From: an uncultured delta proteobacterium
GTDB taxonomy: Bacteria; Desulfobacterota; Desulfobacteria; Desulfobacterales; Desulfatirhabdiaceae
Assembly (NCBI GenBank): GCA_963789395.1
Contig: CAWBKP010000010.1
Location: forward strand, 7,351-71,350
Length of the DNA stretch: 64,000 nt
Direction: 5' to 3'
Within the stretch, counting starts at the first letter, position 1; the number at the start of each line of letters is the position of its first letter. The translations under genes and the position numbers were made by a program. The notes beneath the pieces are model-generated. The model was not told the DNA's origin. It was given only the letters and a program-made list of their open reading frames with translations, and searched no databases. This document shows, one piece after another, positions 8,107 to 17,333 of this stretch.

Positions 8107-9348
8107 TCAAACACCCCAGAGCCCTCCCGTTGCCATGGCTTCGTCCATGTCCGCATACTTTCTAAGCACCTCGGTACGATACGCGGGCAAGATCGAAACG
8201 GCTTGGTCTGCAATCCGCTCGCAATAGCCGCAAGCCTGGCAGTCCATGGAGGCGCAGTCACGGCCCCGAAAACCGTCCAGGAAATTCTCCGGAATCTGCT
8301 GCGCATCCACCCGGATCGGACACTCCGGCAGCGGCGAGAGCCAGCCTTGCAGCCGCGCCAAGTCAAGCATCGGTTTCAATCTCAGCGGATTCACCTGCCG
8401 CGGCTTCCAGAAGTGGCGCAGAGTCCAGTGCGATTCCTTGTGAACCGGATTATTAAAGCCATACGACAGCAGCAGTTCTGCCAGATTGCCGGCGAACCGC
8501 CGCTCGCTGTATGCTTTGACGCGCCGCAGCAGCTCCGCTGACGGAATCCCCCGTTCCAGAAGCTTGAAGGACGTGTATCCCATCGCTTCATACACAGCAA
8601 GGTCCTCCGGCCGAATCCAGGCCGACTTGATGAATTGCGACGGATCCGTCAGCCGCTGCCGGGAACAGCGCATAAAGCAGTAATCGATGAAGAGTGTGTT
8701 GGTGTCGTCAGATGCATGTGCAAAACCGTTTTGATGATAGGTTTGCATCGGACAATTCATGAGGCAGACGTGATTCGCGATCAGTTCCAGATCGCATCGG
8801 ACGGCCTGACGGATAGCCGCAAGGCGGGAGAAATTCCGGTTGATCGAGAAGCTCTCCAGAACGATGGCATCCGCCCCGAGATCTTCCCAGAATCGGGCGC
8901 GCCGGGGCGTGTCCACCTGGGCGTAAATCCCGACCCTTACCTTGAACTCGGGGAAACGGCGTTTGACCAGTTCCAGAAGAAACGGGGTGGATACGGTGAC
9001 CCGGCGGACTCCCAAGCCGCCCAGCCTGGTCAGCAGGGCCGTCATCCGTTTCTGCCAGGGGCGTGTCCATTCGCGATTGCCGAAACAGGCGCCGTTTAAA
9101 AGGTAATTGAAGGCAATGCCATGATGGTCGAGCAGGCGAATGTAACGCCGCAGATCCGCTTCCGTGAGCGGTGTCGCCAGGTAGCGGGGACGGCCACCGC
9201 TGATACCGTCTGCGGGGAACTTGCCGTAAACTTCATCGACCGGGTACGCAGCAAGCTTCGGAACCAGTTCCGGATCGTAGTTAGCCGCCAGTGAGAACCT
9301 GGTTGGCCGGGGTGCGGTCCGGACGGCGCTTGTCGGCTCATTTGGCAT
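8107..9348 (-). CDS. peptidase U32 family protein (Fe-S cluster type; candidate O2-independent hydroxylase rather than protease)
   Basis: TIM-barrel-like U32 layout: [11 protein letters not shown] ... [17 protein letters not shown] ... [16 protein letters not shown] ... [15 protein letters not shown]. Four clustered Cys (HVCLMNC ... DYCFMRC) plus a C-terminal CX4CX2CX2C motif ([14 protein letters not shown]). The true start is probably ATG 9346-9348 (MPNEPTSA). The listed ORF runs on to 9690 by read-through of a hydrolase remnant. Confidence 0.6.
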   Translation of the reverse strand: MPNEPTSAVRTAPRPTRFSLAANYDPELVPKLAAYPVDEVYGKFPADGISGGRPRYLATPLTEADLRRYIRLLDHHGIAFNYLLNGACFGNREWTRPWQKRMTALLTRLGGLGVRRVTVSTPFLLELVKRRFPEFKVRVGIYAQVDTPRRARFWEDLGADAIVLESFSINRNFSRLAAIRQAVRCDLELIANHVCLMNCPMQTYHQNGFAHASDDTNTLFIDYCFMRCSRQRLTDPSQFIKSAWIRPEDLAVYEAMGYTSFKLLERGIPSAELLRRVKAYSERRFAGNLAELLLSYGFNNPVHKESHWTLRHFWKPRQVNPLRLKPMLDLARLQGWLSPLPECPIRVDAQQIPENFLDGFRGRDCASMDCQACGYCERIADQAVSILPAYRTEVLRKYADMDEAMATGGLWGV

Positions 9349-9379
9349 ATTGTTTATCCTTCGCGCCGGCAAAGATAGA

Positions 9380-9690
9380 TCAGCTTTTAAGAAATGCCAG
9401 CAGATCTGCGTTAAGCTGATCTTTGCGTGTATGCAAGGCCGTGGGGTGCGCCGGCGTAGATCTTTAGGGTCGCATTTTTGACCGGTTTCGATGAGCTCCG
9501 AGAGGTCGTCGGCGTAAGTGCCCATATCGTTGTCGCTCCAGGGCTGGCTCGACCGCCCATGGCCGCGACGGTCATGGGCGATGCATCGATAGCCGCCGGA
9601 AGCCCAGAACATCGTCTGAGCCTCCCAGCTATCCGAACTGAGGGGCCAGTCCTTTCTTTGCATCAAGTCTTTCTGCTTTGAATTTGCCAA
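9380..9690 (-). pseudogene. alpha/beta hydrolase (non-haem chloroperoxidase/arylesterase-like) remnant with an internal deletion
   Basis: The N-terminal piece is [54 protein letters not shown]. It is joined directly to the C-terminal end [18 protein letters not shown] / [14 protein letters not shown], which lies in other frames. The nucleophile elbow and core are missing. Confidence 0.6.
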
Positions 9691-9698
9691 CGTGACTG

Positions 9699-10073
9699 CT
9701 ATGCCTTCCAGAGGCCGTGAAGATTACAATACTCTCTTGCAGTAACTTTTGCGGCATCCAGCATAAATGTGGCTTCAGGAACCTTGCCGGGATTCAAAAA
9801 CTGCCGATAGGCTTTACCGTCTGCAACAATTTCAATCCATTCAATCAAATGTTTTTCTTCCATGGGGTGGGCGACACTGCCCACTTTTACCTTGAAGCCG
9901 CCCGGAACTTTTTCAATTACCGGAACATGCTTTTCCTTTGCTGCATCAACGGTGTTTTCAACCGTCTGTTTCATGGGCTGGCCGCAGCAGACAAGATCGC
10001 CCTCGCCGGAATGAAGGACCTCAACGATATTGCCACAGATGTCACATTTATAAACTTGAAGTTTCTCTGTCAT
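9699..10073 (-). CDS. dfx: desulfoferrodoxin (2Fe superoxide reductase)
   Basis: 124 aa. N-terminal desulforedoxin-like CxxC ... CC ([27 protein letters not shown]) and the C-terminal SOR domain (KHVPVIEK ... [13 protein letters not shown] ... YCNLHGLW). Confidence 0.9.
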   Translation of the reverse strand: MTEKLQVYKCDICGNIVEVLHSGEGDLVCCGQPMKQTVENTVDAAKEKHVPVIEKVPGGFKVKVGSVAHPMEEKHLIEWIEIVADGKAYRQFLNPGKVPEATFMLDAAKVTAREYCNLHGLWKA

Positions 10074-10269
10074 ATAACCTCCCTTTAAATTTTCGGAATA
10101 TAGGGTTTCGGGATATTTTTAGCTTCCTTCTTTCTACTTGCGCACAACCTTCTCGACCTTGCCCAGCTTCCAAGTCGTTATTCCCAGCTACTTTCCCGGC
10201 AGTTTCCTTGATCTTACCTTTCACTTGGTGCATCCTGCCTTCTGCGTTGTCTTTTGTGCTTGATTTCAT
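10048..10269 (-). CDS. CsbD-like protein, apparently degenerate or frameshifted
   Basis: The N-terminus [36 protein letters not shown] is close to CsbD 5154-5333, but the rest of the listed frame is not CsbD-like and overlaps dfx. A +1 frame gives KVEKVVRK* ending at 10134. Confidence 0.45.
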   Translation of the reverse strand: MKSSTKDNAEGRMHQVKGKIKETAGKVAGNNDLEAGQGREGCAQVERRKLKISRNPIFRKFKGRLYDRETSSL

Positions 10270-10299
10270 AGTCTTTCTCCTGTCTGATTTAAGAATTGA

Positions 10300-11286
10300 T
10301 TAGAATCTGCCCAATAAGAGCAGGATCAAAACGGCTTCAAGGAAGTCATATAGGTCAGCCTTTGAAATGGGCTCTTCCTTTCTCCGCCATGTCTCGACTT
10401 CGACAAATATGCGTTGAACAAGCGGGTAGGCTCGTTTGATCGCACTGTCCAATCCTGCCACGGTCGCCTCAACCGCTGTCGCAAGGATCGGGTCCACAAA
10501 ATCGACGCTGATGTTCACGAGAATAAAGTCTGGTCCCATGTGCATGGTCAATACTTCATTGACCTGTTTGATTTCTTTGTACGAAGAGGCGATATCCCGT
10601 ATTCCCTGGACGACCTCTTTATTGGCACTCTCTCCGATCAACAGACCTTTTGTTTCAGATGCCAGCAATATGGCGGTTCCCGCGAGTATCAGCCCGATAA
10701 TAACGGCTGCGGCGGCGTCATAGGCGGGGATGCCGGTAACATGGCTGAGAAGGATTCCCGTAAATGCGACGACAAGACCGACGATCGCGGCAGAATCCTC
10801 CAACAGCACGATAAATATGGAGGGATCTTTTCCTCTATGAATGGCCTGAATATATCCCCACGTGCCTTTTGATTTGGCGAATTCCGTCAGAGCGATATAC
10901 CAGCTGATTCCTTCGAAAACCAGCGCCAGGCCGATAACGCCGTAGTTGATGTAGGAGTGCTTTACCGGCACCGGCGAAACGAGTTGAGCTATCCCCTTGT
11001 ACATGGACAGCCCCGCGCCGCCGGCAAAAAGTAAAATGGCGACGACAAAGCTCCAGAAGTAAATCTCCTTGCCATGACCGAAAGGAAATTCATTATCGGC
11101 GGGCAATTTTGCCCGCCGCAGTCCATACAGCAGCAGAATCTGGTTGCCTGTATCGGCGCCGGAGTGGACCGCTTCCGACATCATGGCCGAACTTCCGGTC
11201 ATAAAGGCTGCGACTACCTTGGTCATCGCTATCAGGCAATTGCCGGCCAGCGCCGCATAGATAACCTTTCGGGAAGACGCCGCCAT
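10300..11286 (-). CDS. cation diffusion facilitator (CDF) family metal efflux transporter
   Basis: 328 aa with six TM segments and CDF signatures (SSAMMSEAVHSGADTGNQ, LLEDSAAIVG) plus a C-terminal cytoplasmic domain (VLTMHMGPDFILVNISV). The last roughly 9 codons are nearly identical in DNA to the 3' end of the DUF3309 gene. Confidence 0.85.
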   Translation of the reverse strand: MAASSRKVIYAALAGNCLIAMTKVVAAFMTGSSAMMSEAVHSGADTGNQILLLYGLRRAKLPADNEFPFGHGKEIYFWSFVVAILLFAGGAGLSMYKGIAQLVSPVPVKHSYINYGVIGLALVFEGISWYIALTEFAKSKGTWGYIQAIHRGKDPSIFIVLLEDSAAIVGLVVAFTGILLSHVTGIPAYDAAAAVIIGLILAGTAILLASETKGLLIGESANKEVVQGIRDIASSYKEIKQVNEVLTMHMGPDFILVNISVDFVDPILATAVEATVAGLDSAIKRAYPLVQRIFVEVETWRRKEEPISKADLYDFLEAVLILLLLGRF

Positions 11287-11542
11287 GTGTCAGCTCTCTC
11301 CAATAAGAATCATCATGAGAAAAAAATCCCCTCCCGCTTCCCAAAGCGTCATTTTCATAGATGCGGCAGGACCGCTATCCTTCGGTGTCAGCCTGAACGC
11401 CTGTATCTCTCTCCCCTCGCTTCAAATCCTCCCTGGCTTTTTTTGCCAACTTCTCATAATTGATTCGGATTTTACCCAGTTCATTCTCGTCCAATTCTTC
11501 CAAATCCAACAGGGCATTATGCGCGCCATCTATTTCACTTTT

Positions 11543-11983
11543 TTACTTAACGGCAAGGTTGTTTTCCACCGATTTTACATTCTTGACACTGTGGACGATT
11601 TCCATTGCCCGGTCGATACTCTGCTGAGAATCAACGACGCCACTCAGCATCACCACGTTGTTTGTCGTGGTCACGTTGATCTGGGAGACTTTAAGCAACG
11701 GGTCACTCAAAATTTCCGCCTTGATCTTGGCTGTAATAGCGGAATCATCCATGATTTCTCCGGCTTTTTCGGCTTTTGCGTTTATCGCTTTTCCGGCTTC
11801 TTCAATTTTCTTGCCGACTTTTTCGGTCGTTTGTTCAATATTTTTGCCGGCTTTTTCAGTTGCCTGGTCAATCTTTTTCCCTGCCTTTTCGCCTGTCCCC
11901 TCTTGTTGGCAACCGGCAAATCCGAAAACGAAAGCCATTATGATGACGATAAAAAGAACCCTAAGTGTCAGATTCATTTTCAA
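11543..11983 (-). CDS. BON domain lipoprotein with EKAGKxI repeats
   Basis: Lipobox FGFAGC, repeats EKAGKKIDQATEKAGKNIEQTTEKVGKKIEEAGKAI, and a C-terminal BON domain (DDSAITAKIKAEILSDPLLKVSQINVTTTNNVVMLSGVVDS ... VKNVKSVENNLAV). Confidence 0.75.
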   Translation of the reverse strand: MKMNLTLRVLFIVIIMAFVFGFAGCQQEGTGEKAGKKIDQATEKAGKNIEQTTEKVGKKIEEAGKAINAKAEKAGEIMDDSAITAKIKAEILSDPLLKVSQINVTTTNNVVMLSGVVDSQQSIDRAMEIVHSVKNVKSVENNLAVK

Positions 11984-12087
11984 TCTCTTTTCGATAAAAG
12001 TGTAAAATTAAGCAATGGAGGTGACTTAAAATGCTTTAAAAGATCTCAAAAGATATAGATTCCGCATTTCTAAAATTGTGAAATGGT

Positions 12088-13572
12088 TTAAAGAATATAT
12101 CGCTCACAAATTTTGCGGTAGTGATGGCCATATATTGAAAGCGTGACTGCCAATGACAGTTGTCTGGGCCTGCGGATCAGGGTCCAGAGCATCAGTTGCC
12201 AGTAACGAAAACGCTCCTTCCCCAATACCCCGAGTCGGAAAGCGGCGCGAAAGAATGAAAGAAACCGTTGCATATTTATCGGCTGGTTGATTTCAGACGA
12301 CTTGAGTTCCTTCAGTAACGTTCTGACACGCCGGTAGTAGTATTTCGGAGAATAAATCTGTTTCATGATCGATTGATACCCTTCCAAAAGGCTGTCCATG
12401 CCCATTCGAGGAATGATATTGGTTGTTCCATCAACATTATCTCCGGTAAAGGTATCGACCACCCGGCTCTCCCGTTGAAGCCGGTCAAAAAGACGGGTAC
12501 CCGGAATGGCCTGGAGCATTCCCACCATTGCTGTGACGATTCCGCTCTTCTGTATGAAATCGATCTGACGTTGGAAAATTGAAGGCTTATCGTTGTCAAA
12601 GCCCACAATAAAACCGCCCATCACCTGCAGCCCTGAATGGTGGATGATATTGACGCTTTCCAGAAGATCCCGGTTCTTATTCTGGGTTTTATGACATTCC
12701 GTCAGACTGACTTCATCGGGAGACTCGATACCGATAAAAACGGCATCGAATCCGGCCATTACCATCATGTCCAGAAGTTCAGGGTCATCGGCGAGATTGA
12801 TGGAGGCTTCCGTGAAAAAAACACATCCCTTTTTATCTTTGCGCCATTCGATCAGGGCCGGAAGTAAATGCGCTTTAAGGAAGCCCTTATTTCCAATAAA
12901 ATTGTCATCAACAAAAAATATACTGCCGCGCCATCCGGAAGCATAAATTCGGTCCAGTTCCGCGATGACTTGCTGATGTGTTTTTAAGCGCGGCCGGTGA
13001 CCGAACAGCGCCGTCACATTGCAGAATTCGCAGTTGAAAGGACATCCCCTGGAAAACTGAATGTTCAGGGACGCATATCGTTTCATTTTTACCAGGTCCC
13101 ACGAGGGCGTCGGAGAGTCGCAAAGATCGCAGAAGCTTGAAGCCCTGTAGACTTTTTTGGGCTGACCGTTTTGCAAGTCCGACAGAAAGGCGGGAAGGGT
13201 TAATTCCGCTTCATCGAGAACAAGATGATCCACCCCATTGAATTCATCGGGCTCGGAAGTAAAAAGAGGCCCGCCGGCAACGACTTTTAAATGCAGCGCA
13301 TTGCAACGGGCGATGATTTCCCTGGCCGATTTGCGCTGAATTGCCATGCCTCCGATAAATACCAGATCCGCCCATAAAAGTTCTTTATCCGTGAGGATAT
13401 CCACGTTCACGTCCACAAGGCGCTTGGACCATTTTACCGGCAACAGGGACGCTACCGTAAGCAGGCCAAGCGGCGGGAAAGCCGCCTTCTTTCCGATAAA
13501 ACTCAAAGCGTACGTGAAAGACCAGAACGTATCCGGAAATTTGGGGTAAACAAGGAGAACGTTCATATCCAA
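12088..13572 (-). CDS. B12-binding domain radical SAM protein (DUF4070 C-terminal type)
   Basis: N-terminal cobalamin-binding Rossmann part (LLVYPKF ... DLVFIGGM), radical SAM motif RGCPFNCEFC (CX3CX2C), and a long helical C-terminal extension. Confidence 0.85.
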   Translation of the reverse strand: MDMNVLLVYPKFPDTFWSFTYALSFIGKKAAFPPLGLLTVASLLPVKWSKRLVDVNVDILTDKELLWADLVFIGGMAIQRKSAREIIARCNALHLKVVAGGPLFTSEPDEFNGVDHLVLDEAELTLPAFLSDLQNGQPKKVYRASSFCDLCDSPTPSWDLVKMKRYASLNIQFSRGCPFNCEFCNVTALFGHRPRLKTHQQVIAELDRIYASGWRGSIFFVDDNFIGNKGFLKAHLLPALIEWRKDKKGCVFFTEASINLADDPELLDMMVMAGFDAVFIGIESPDEVSLTECHKTQNKNRDLLESVNIIHHSGLQVMGGFIVGFDNDKPSIFQRQIDFIQKSGIVTAMVGMLQAIPGTRLFDRLQRESRVVDTFTGDNVDGTTNIIPRMGMDSLLEGYQSIMKQIYSPKYYYRRVRTLLKELKSSEINQPINMQRFLSFFRAAFRLGVLGKERFRYWQLMLWTLIRRPRQLSLAVTLSIYGHHYRKICERYIL

Positions 13573-13703
13573 AGGCTCCTTTCTGCATAAATATGAAAAT
13601 AATCAGATTCTTTAATTTTCTTACGGAATCGACAGATTCGATTCCTTCAAAACCTGTTACCGTATGGCCCGCTACCTGATTTATATTTTGTCGTTTGTCT
13701 ATC

Positions 13704-14241
13704 TTATTCATCTTCTGGTGAAACTTTCGCTTCGATTTTAACCGGCGCCGCGCCGTCTTTTTCTATGCCGATTTCTTTGCCGGCTTCTTTTGATAAATCG
13801 ATATCACGCCCTTTGCTATAAGGGCCCCGATCATTAATTGTTACTTCTACAGACTTGCCGGATTCCAGGTTCGTCACGGTTGCTTCAGTTCCCATCGGCA
13901 ATGTCGGATGCGCAGCGGTAAGGTCATTGTTGATCAAATTTTTCGCCGCTGGCGGTTTTTTTTCCGTGAAACCCCTTGCCGTACCAGGACGCCTCTCCGA
14001 CCTGTTCAACGACCGGCTCACCTTTGGCGTCAGTTTTCACCTTGACCGCATCCTTCACCAGATCATTCTTCCCTTCCGCTTTCTCAGTCTGCTTGGCTTT
14101 CTTTTCTACTTTTTCCGCGATGGCATCAGCCTTTTGTTCAGTTTTATCCCCGGAAAAAGCTACGCAGCAGTGAAGCCAGAGCATCACTGCTGCGACAGCA
14201 ACTATACCCAATATCAAATTTTGACATACGCGAATGGACAT
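13704..14241 (-). CDS. RlpA-like double-psi beta-barrel lipoprotein (septal ring lytic transglycosylase family), frameshifted
   Basis: ORF 13924-14241 ends ...[27 protein letters not shown] 13704-14021 continues [46 protein letters not shown]. Together they form a complete RlpA DPBB domain, with a frameshift near 13930-13936. Confidence 0.7.
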
Positions 14242-14376
14242 AGATCAGAATCTCCCGTCTGAGTTTCAGCCGATCTTCCTAATATGGTGTTCCGTAGACA
14301 GCATAAATTTCTTTTGTCCAGGACGGGGCGGCCGGTCGACCTGCTTATGGTCTGCCTTGAGAACACCATCGCCCGC

Positions 14377-15551
14377 TCATGACTTCACAAAAAGATCCCG
14401 GCTTTTTTCTATTCCATCCAGAAGGGCGGAAATCGCATACTGCAGTGCCAGCCTGGCGCCGTTTTCCGGCGTCGTTTGCGCGTAATTTCCAATCATAGAC
14501 GTTCCATGCCCTTTGAAAATGATGTTTGAGCCATTATTCGCGTCAAACTCCAGCTGAAGATCGATTTCAAATTCATACTTCTCGTTGTGTTCCAGGGAAT
14601 CGGCTCGCAGGAATTTAGGAATCACCACATAATCATAACTCCGCACCCGGGCATGATCCGGATCATTTGACAAAAGCATCTCCCTGGCTCTGGCTTCGCT
14701 TCGCACCTGCCATACATCAACCTTGGCAAATTCGATCCCTAAAGCTTTTCTCATTTCCAGCTCCGCTTCCCGGCCAAGTTGGTAACGGATGCTGCCTCTC
14801 TTATAGTTGCCGACATGATCGAAGGTCTCAAACTCGGCTGGAATCAGCAGCAGAATTTTCACAGGAATCGGCGGTCTTCCGTACTGAGAATAATCCACGG
14901 GGGTCAGGGCGTATTCGTGAGCGTAAGAACTTCCGCGAGAAATTGTTCTGTCCGCGTTTCTTGGTTCTTCAATGCTTCCGGTTCGATTTAGATCCGATTC
15001 CAGTGTATCGAGCCTGCGGGATATGTCTGCTTCTTCCTCGTATGTCGCGTATCTGCCGCCTTCCGTCATCCGCATATAGTCACGCCGAATGGTGTCCAAT
15101 CTGAATTGAAAATCCCGCTCCGCTGCAAGAGACAAACGCTTGCTGGTGCTTCCATCATCAATTCTCCTTTGAAGTGCGGCAATCCTGTTCCCAATGCCGG
15201 GTTCAACAATTCTTGTCGTCCGGCCATCGCCCTGTCGATCTCTTCACCGAGCCCATCAATTCTGGTAATAAGGTTGTCCCACTCTTCCCGGTAGACACTT
15301 TTGTCTTTCAGCGCCGCATATTCTGATCGAATCGCTTTCAGTTTCATCAGAAAACTCTGAGACTGATCGAGGCTAAGTGCGCCGGTTTTCAGCCCCTCTC
15401 CAATCTTCTCCTGAATGACAAACATCTTGTTCTCTGCAGTTCTTTGATCATCCTGCCATACTTGAATTGAGGCGCAGCCGCTAATCAGAATCAATCCAAA
15501 AATCATTGCTGCCGTCACATAGCCAACGCTTCTTATTTCTTGTTTATTCAT
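14377..15551 (-). CDS. lipoprotein with a coiled-coil N-domain and a conserved C-domain (paralog of 17334-17960); probably one gene split by a frameshift
   Basis: ORF 15066-15551 has a lipobox (LILISGCAS) and coiled-coil sequence. Its last roughly 50 aa look non-protein-like. The frame of ORF 14377-15135 is open from about 15245 and reads ...RIAALQRRIDDGSTSKRLSLAAERDFQFRLDTIRRDY. The C-domain YSQYGRPPIPVKILLLIPAEFETFDH... matches 17334-17960. Confidence 0.5.
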
Positions 15552-15741
15552 TTGCCACCTCCATTTTTTAGATGTTCAATCAGTTGAATAGCTCACGCAC
15601 GTACGGACGTAGAGATCGATATAGACGGGCAGGGAAATGATACTGATGCCCGGCGGTGTAACCGGTGAATAAATGACCGAAGGATAGCGGAAACAAGGCA
15701 TCCAAGGGGAATAACCTACATTTATTTCGCATTTATAATAG

Positions 15742-15757
15742 TGCATTCTTTATGCCA
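15742..15757 (-). promoter_or_regulatory. sigma-54 (-24/-12) promoter, cassette B
   Basis: The minus strand reads TGGCATAAAGAATGCA, preceded by AATGAAACC. It lies about 190 nt upstream of the lipoprotein gene start at 15551. Confidence 0.65.
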
Positions 15758-15859
15758 GGTTTCATTCACGCCGCTTTACATCATACATCATGTTGATTTT
15801 TATGAACAATTAATCCAAAAAGCATTGACAAAGCTGCCACTTGCTGTCTTATATAATAT

Positions 15860-15890
15860 GGTCATATTTAACCAGATGGTCACATATGAC
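15860..15890 (-). promoter_or_regulatory. enhancer-like tandem palindrome (UAS) of cassette B
   Basis: The plus strand reads GGTCATATTTAACC-AGAT-GGTCACATATGAC, 102 nt upstream of the -24 box. Confidence 0.6.
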
Positions 15891-16072
15891 TTTTTTCCGT
15901 CTCTTGCGTGTAGCGTGCTTTTTTACAAAAAAAATCTTTTCAATTGGCTGCCCGATAGAGGGGACAGTTTGAATTTTGCTGTAATATTCTGATTAAATGG
16001 TGTGACAATAAATCTATCAAGGACTATCCTATCGTATTACAGATTGACGAGAAGTACTTTAAAGGGGCTACC

Positions 16073-16279
16073 ATGAACAAGTTATTGATGCAGATGATAG
16101 GGATTGAATCATCCAGGCGGGGCCGGCCGCCTGCCCCCGAATCTCTGCGCAGGCAGCAGATCGGGAGATCGATTCGGCTGCCCAAATGGATTGTTGACTG
16201 GTTGAGGGCTGAAGGAAATTCCGGAAAGAAGATCGAGGCGGCTCTTGTCGGGCATGATGGGCTGACCCCGCCGGAATAA
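16073..16279 (+). CDS. small basic protein, possible ribbon-helix-helix DNA-binding protein
   Basis: 68-aa ORF with an AAGGGG Shine-Dalgarno. The sequence RSIRLPKWIVDWLRAEGNSGKKIEAALVGH fits a strand-helix-helix pattern. It is the only plus-strand ORF in this neighbourhood. No family was recognised. Confidence 0.35.
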   Translation: MNKLLMQMIGIESSRRGRPPAPESLRRQQIGRSIRLPKWIVDWLRAEGNSGKKIEAALVGHDGLTPPE

Positions 16280-16341
16280 AATTTATGCGCGGCAGCCCAT
16301 GTCAACTCGGCTTGAACGATAGGCTGCCGACACGATGCCCC

Positions 16342-16686
16342 TTATGGATAAATAATGATGGGCGGGAAAAAGATACTGATGCCCGGCGGCGGGGGCGGCG
16401 CATAGATGACCGGCGGCGGCGCATAAACGCGACCCCCATAGTCATAACTGTAGCCATAAGGCCGATACACTTGCCGGCCATGCACATAGGGGTTGCGATA
16501 ATACCCGCCCCTTCCGTGATCGTACCCGCGGCCTCTGTGATCGCTACGGCCGTTGTCATGTCCTCCCTTATTATTTTTAGCGAGGGCCGGCGATACGCCC
16601 ATGCAACCGATCATAATGGCTAAAACAAGCCCCATCATAATCCTGCCCACTATGGTCCTATAATTCCAAATACTTGATGTTTTCAT
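16342..16686 (-). CDS. small secreted Gly/Tyr/Arg/His/Pro-rich protein
   Basis: The likely start is MKTSSIWNYRTIVGRIMMGLVLAIMIGCMGVSPALA (signal peptide). The mature part is low-complexity: GGHDNGRSDHRGRGYDHGRGGYYRNPYVHGRQVYRPYGYSYDYGGRVYAPPPVIYAPPPPPGISIFFPPIIIYP. Confidence 0.5.
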   Translation of the reverse strand: MKTSSIWNYRTIVGRIMMGLVLAIMIGCMGVSPALAKNNKGGHDNGRSDHRGRGYDHGRGGYYRNPYVHGRQVYRPYGYSYDYGGRVYAPPPVIYAPPPPPGISIFFPPIIIYP

Positions 16687-16690
16687 AATG

Positions 16691-17239
16691 TCACTCCATT
16701 CTTGGATCGATTCCAATCGCCTGCCTGGCGTCAATCGCTGGTTGAATATGTATGATCAATGCATACTGTTTTTTCCATCTCGCCCTGTCAGAAATATTGT
16801 ATCGGTAGTCTTTTTTCTGTTTATCCGACATACTGTCATAGAGCGCCTCGAAAGGCGGGATGAACTTCTTCAGTTGATCCAAATGGGCTTGGGAAATTTG
16901 AACGCGGAATTTCATTTGCTCGACAGAGTTCATGGTCATGGTTTTTTCAGTCCTGTCCTTGGTAAGCGCGTCCATTTCTTTGGCATTTTCACGCATCACC
17001 TGGGTAAGGTTATTCCATAATTCTTTCTGGGCATCGGTGATCTTCAGCGCGCCTTGAAGCTGTTTGATTTGGGCCTCGGTATACTCGACAGCAGAGGTTC
17101 TGCCGACATCCGAGGATTTCTTTTTGCTTGAGGCAGCAAAAGCAGGATTTGCATCGGCAAAAATGATAATGGATAGAAACGCCATTATTACAACAACGAG
17201 TGTAACGGGGAAAATAAATTGGTTAGCCTTTTGTTTCAT
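16691..17239 (-). CDS. periplasmic Spy/CpxP-like (LTXXQ motif) protein
   Basis: Start at ATG 17237-17239 after GGAGACAGACC. It has a signal peptide (MKQKANQFIFPVTLVVVIMAFLSIIIFADANPAFA) and helical repeats with LTXXQ-like motifs (ITDAQKELWNNLTQVMRE; LDQLKKFIPPFEALYDSMSDKQKK). Confidence 0.55.
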   Translation of the reverse strand: MKQKANQFIFPVTLVVVIMAFLSIIIFADANPAFAASSKKKSSDVGRTSAVEYTEAQIKQLQGALKITDAQKELWNNLTQVMRENAKEMDALTKDRTEKTMTMNSVEQMKFRVQISQAHLDQLKKFIPPFEALYDSMSDKQKKDYRYNISDRARWKKQYALIIHIQPAIDARQAIGIDPRME

Positions 17240-17333
17240 GGTCTGTCTCCTTATGAATTTGTCTTTAGAAAATAGTATGGTTGATGGGACGAATACGCGA
17301 CTTGAACACCTCCGAAATCCAGACGCCCGGTCA

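Noticed and set aside
8107-8366. The long N-terminal extension of the methyltransferase ORF, which overlaps the U32 gene by 260 nt.
   Set aside because: The extension is Arg/Trp/Ser-rich, non-protein-like and out of phase with U32 motifs. An internal ATG at 8088-8090 with a GCGGAG ribosome-binding site gives a normal-length methyltransferase.
11287-11542. A protein-like open frame (EIDGAHNALLDLEELDENELGKIRINYEKLAKKAREDLKRGERDTGVQADTEG) continuing in frame after the BON lipoprotein stop codon.
   Set aside because: It has no start codon, no Shine-Dalgarno and no recognisable family. It could be a relic or chance, and there is no evidence for stop-codon read-through.
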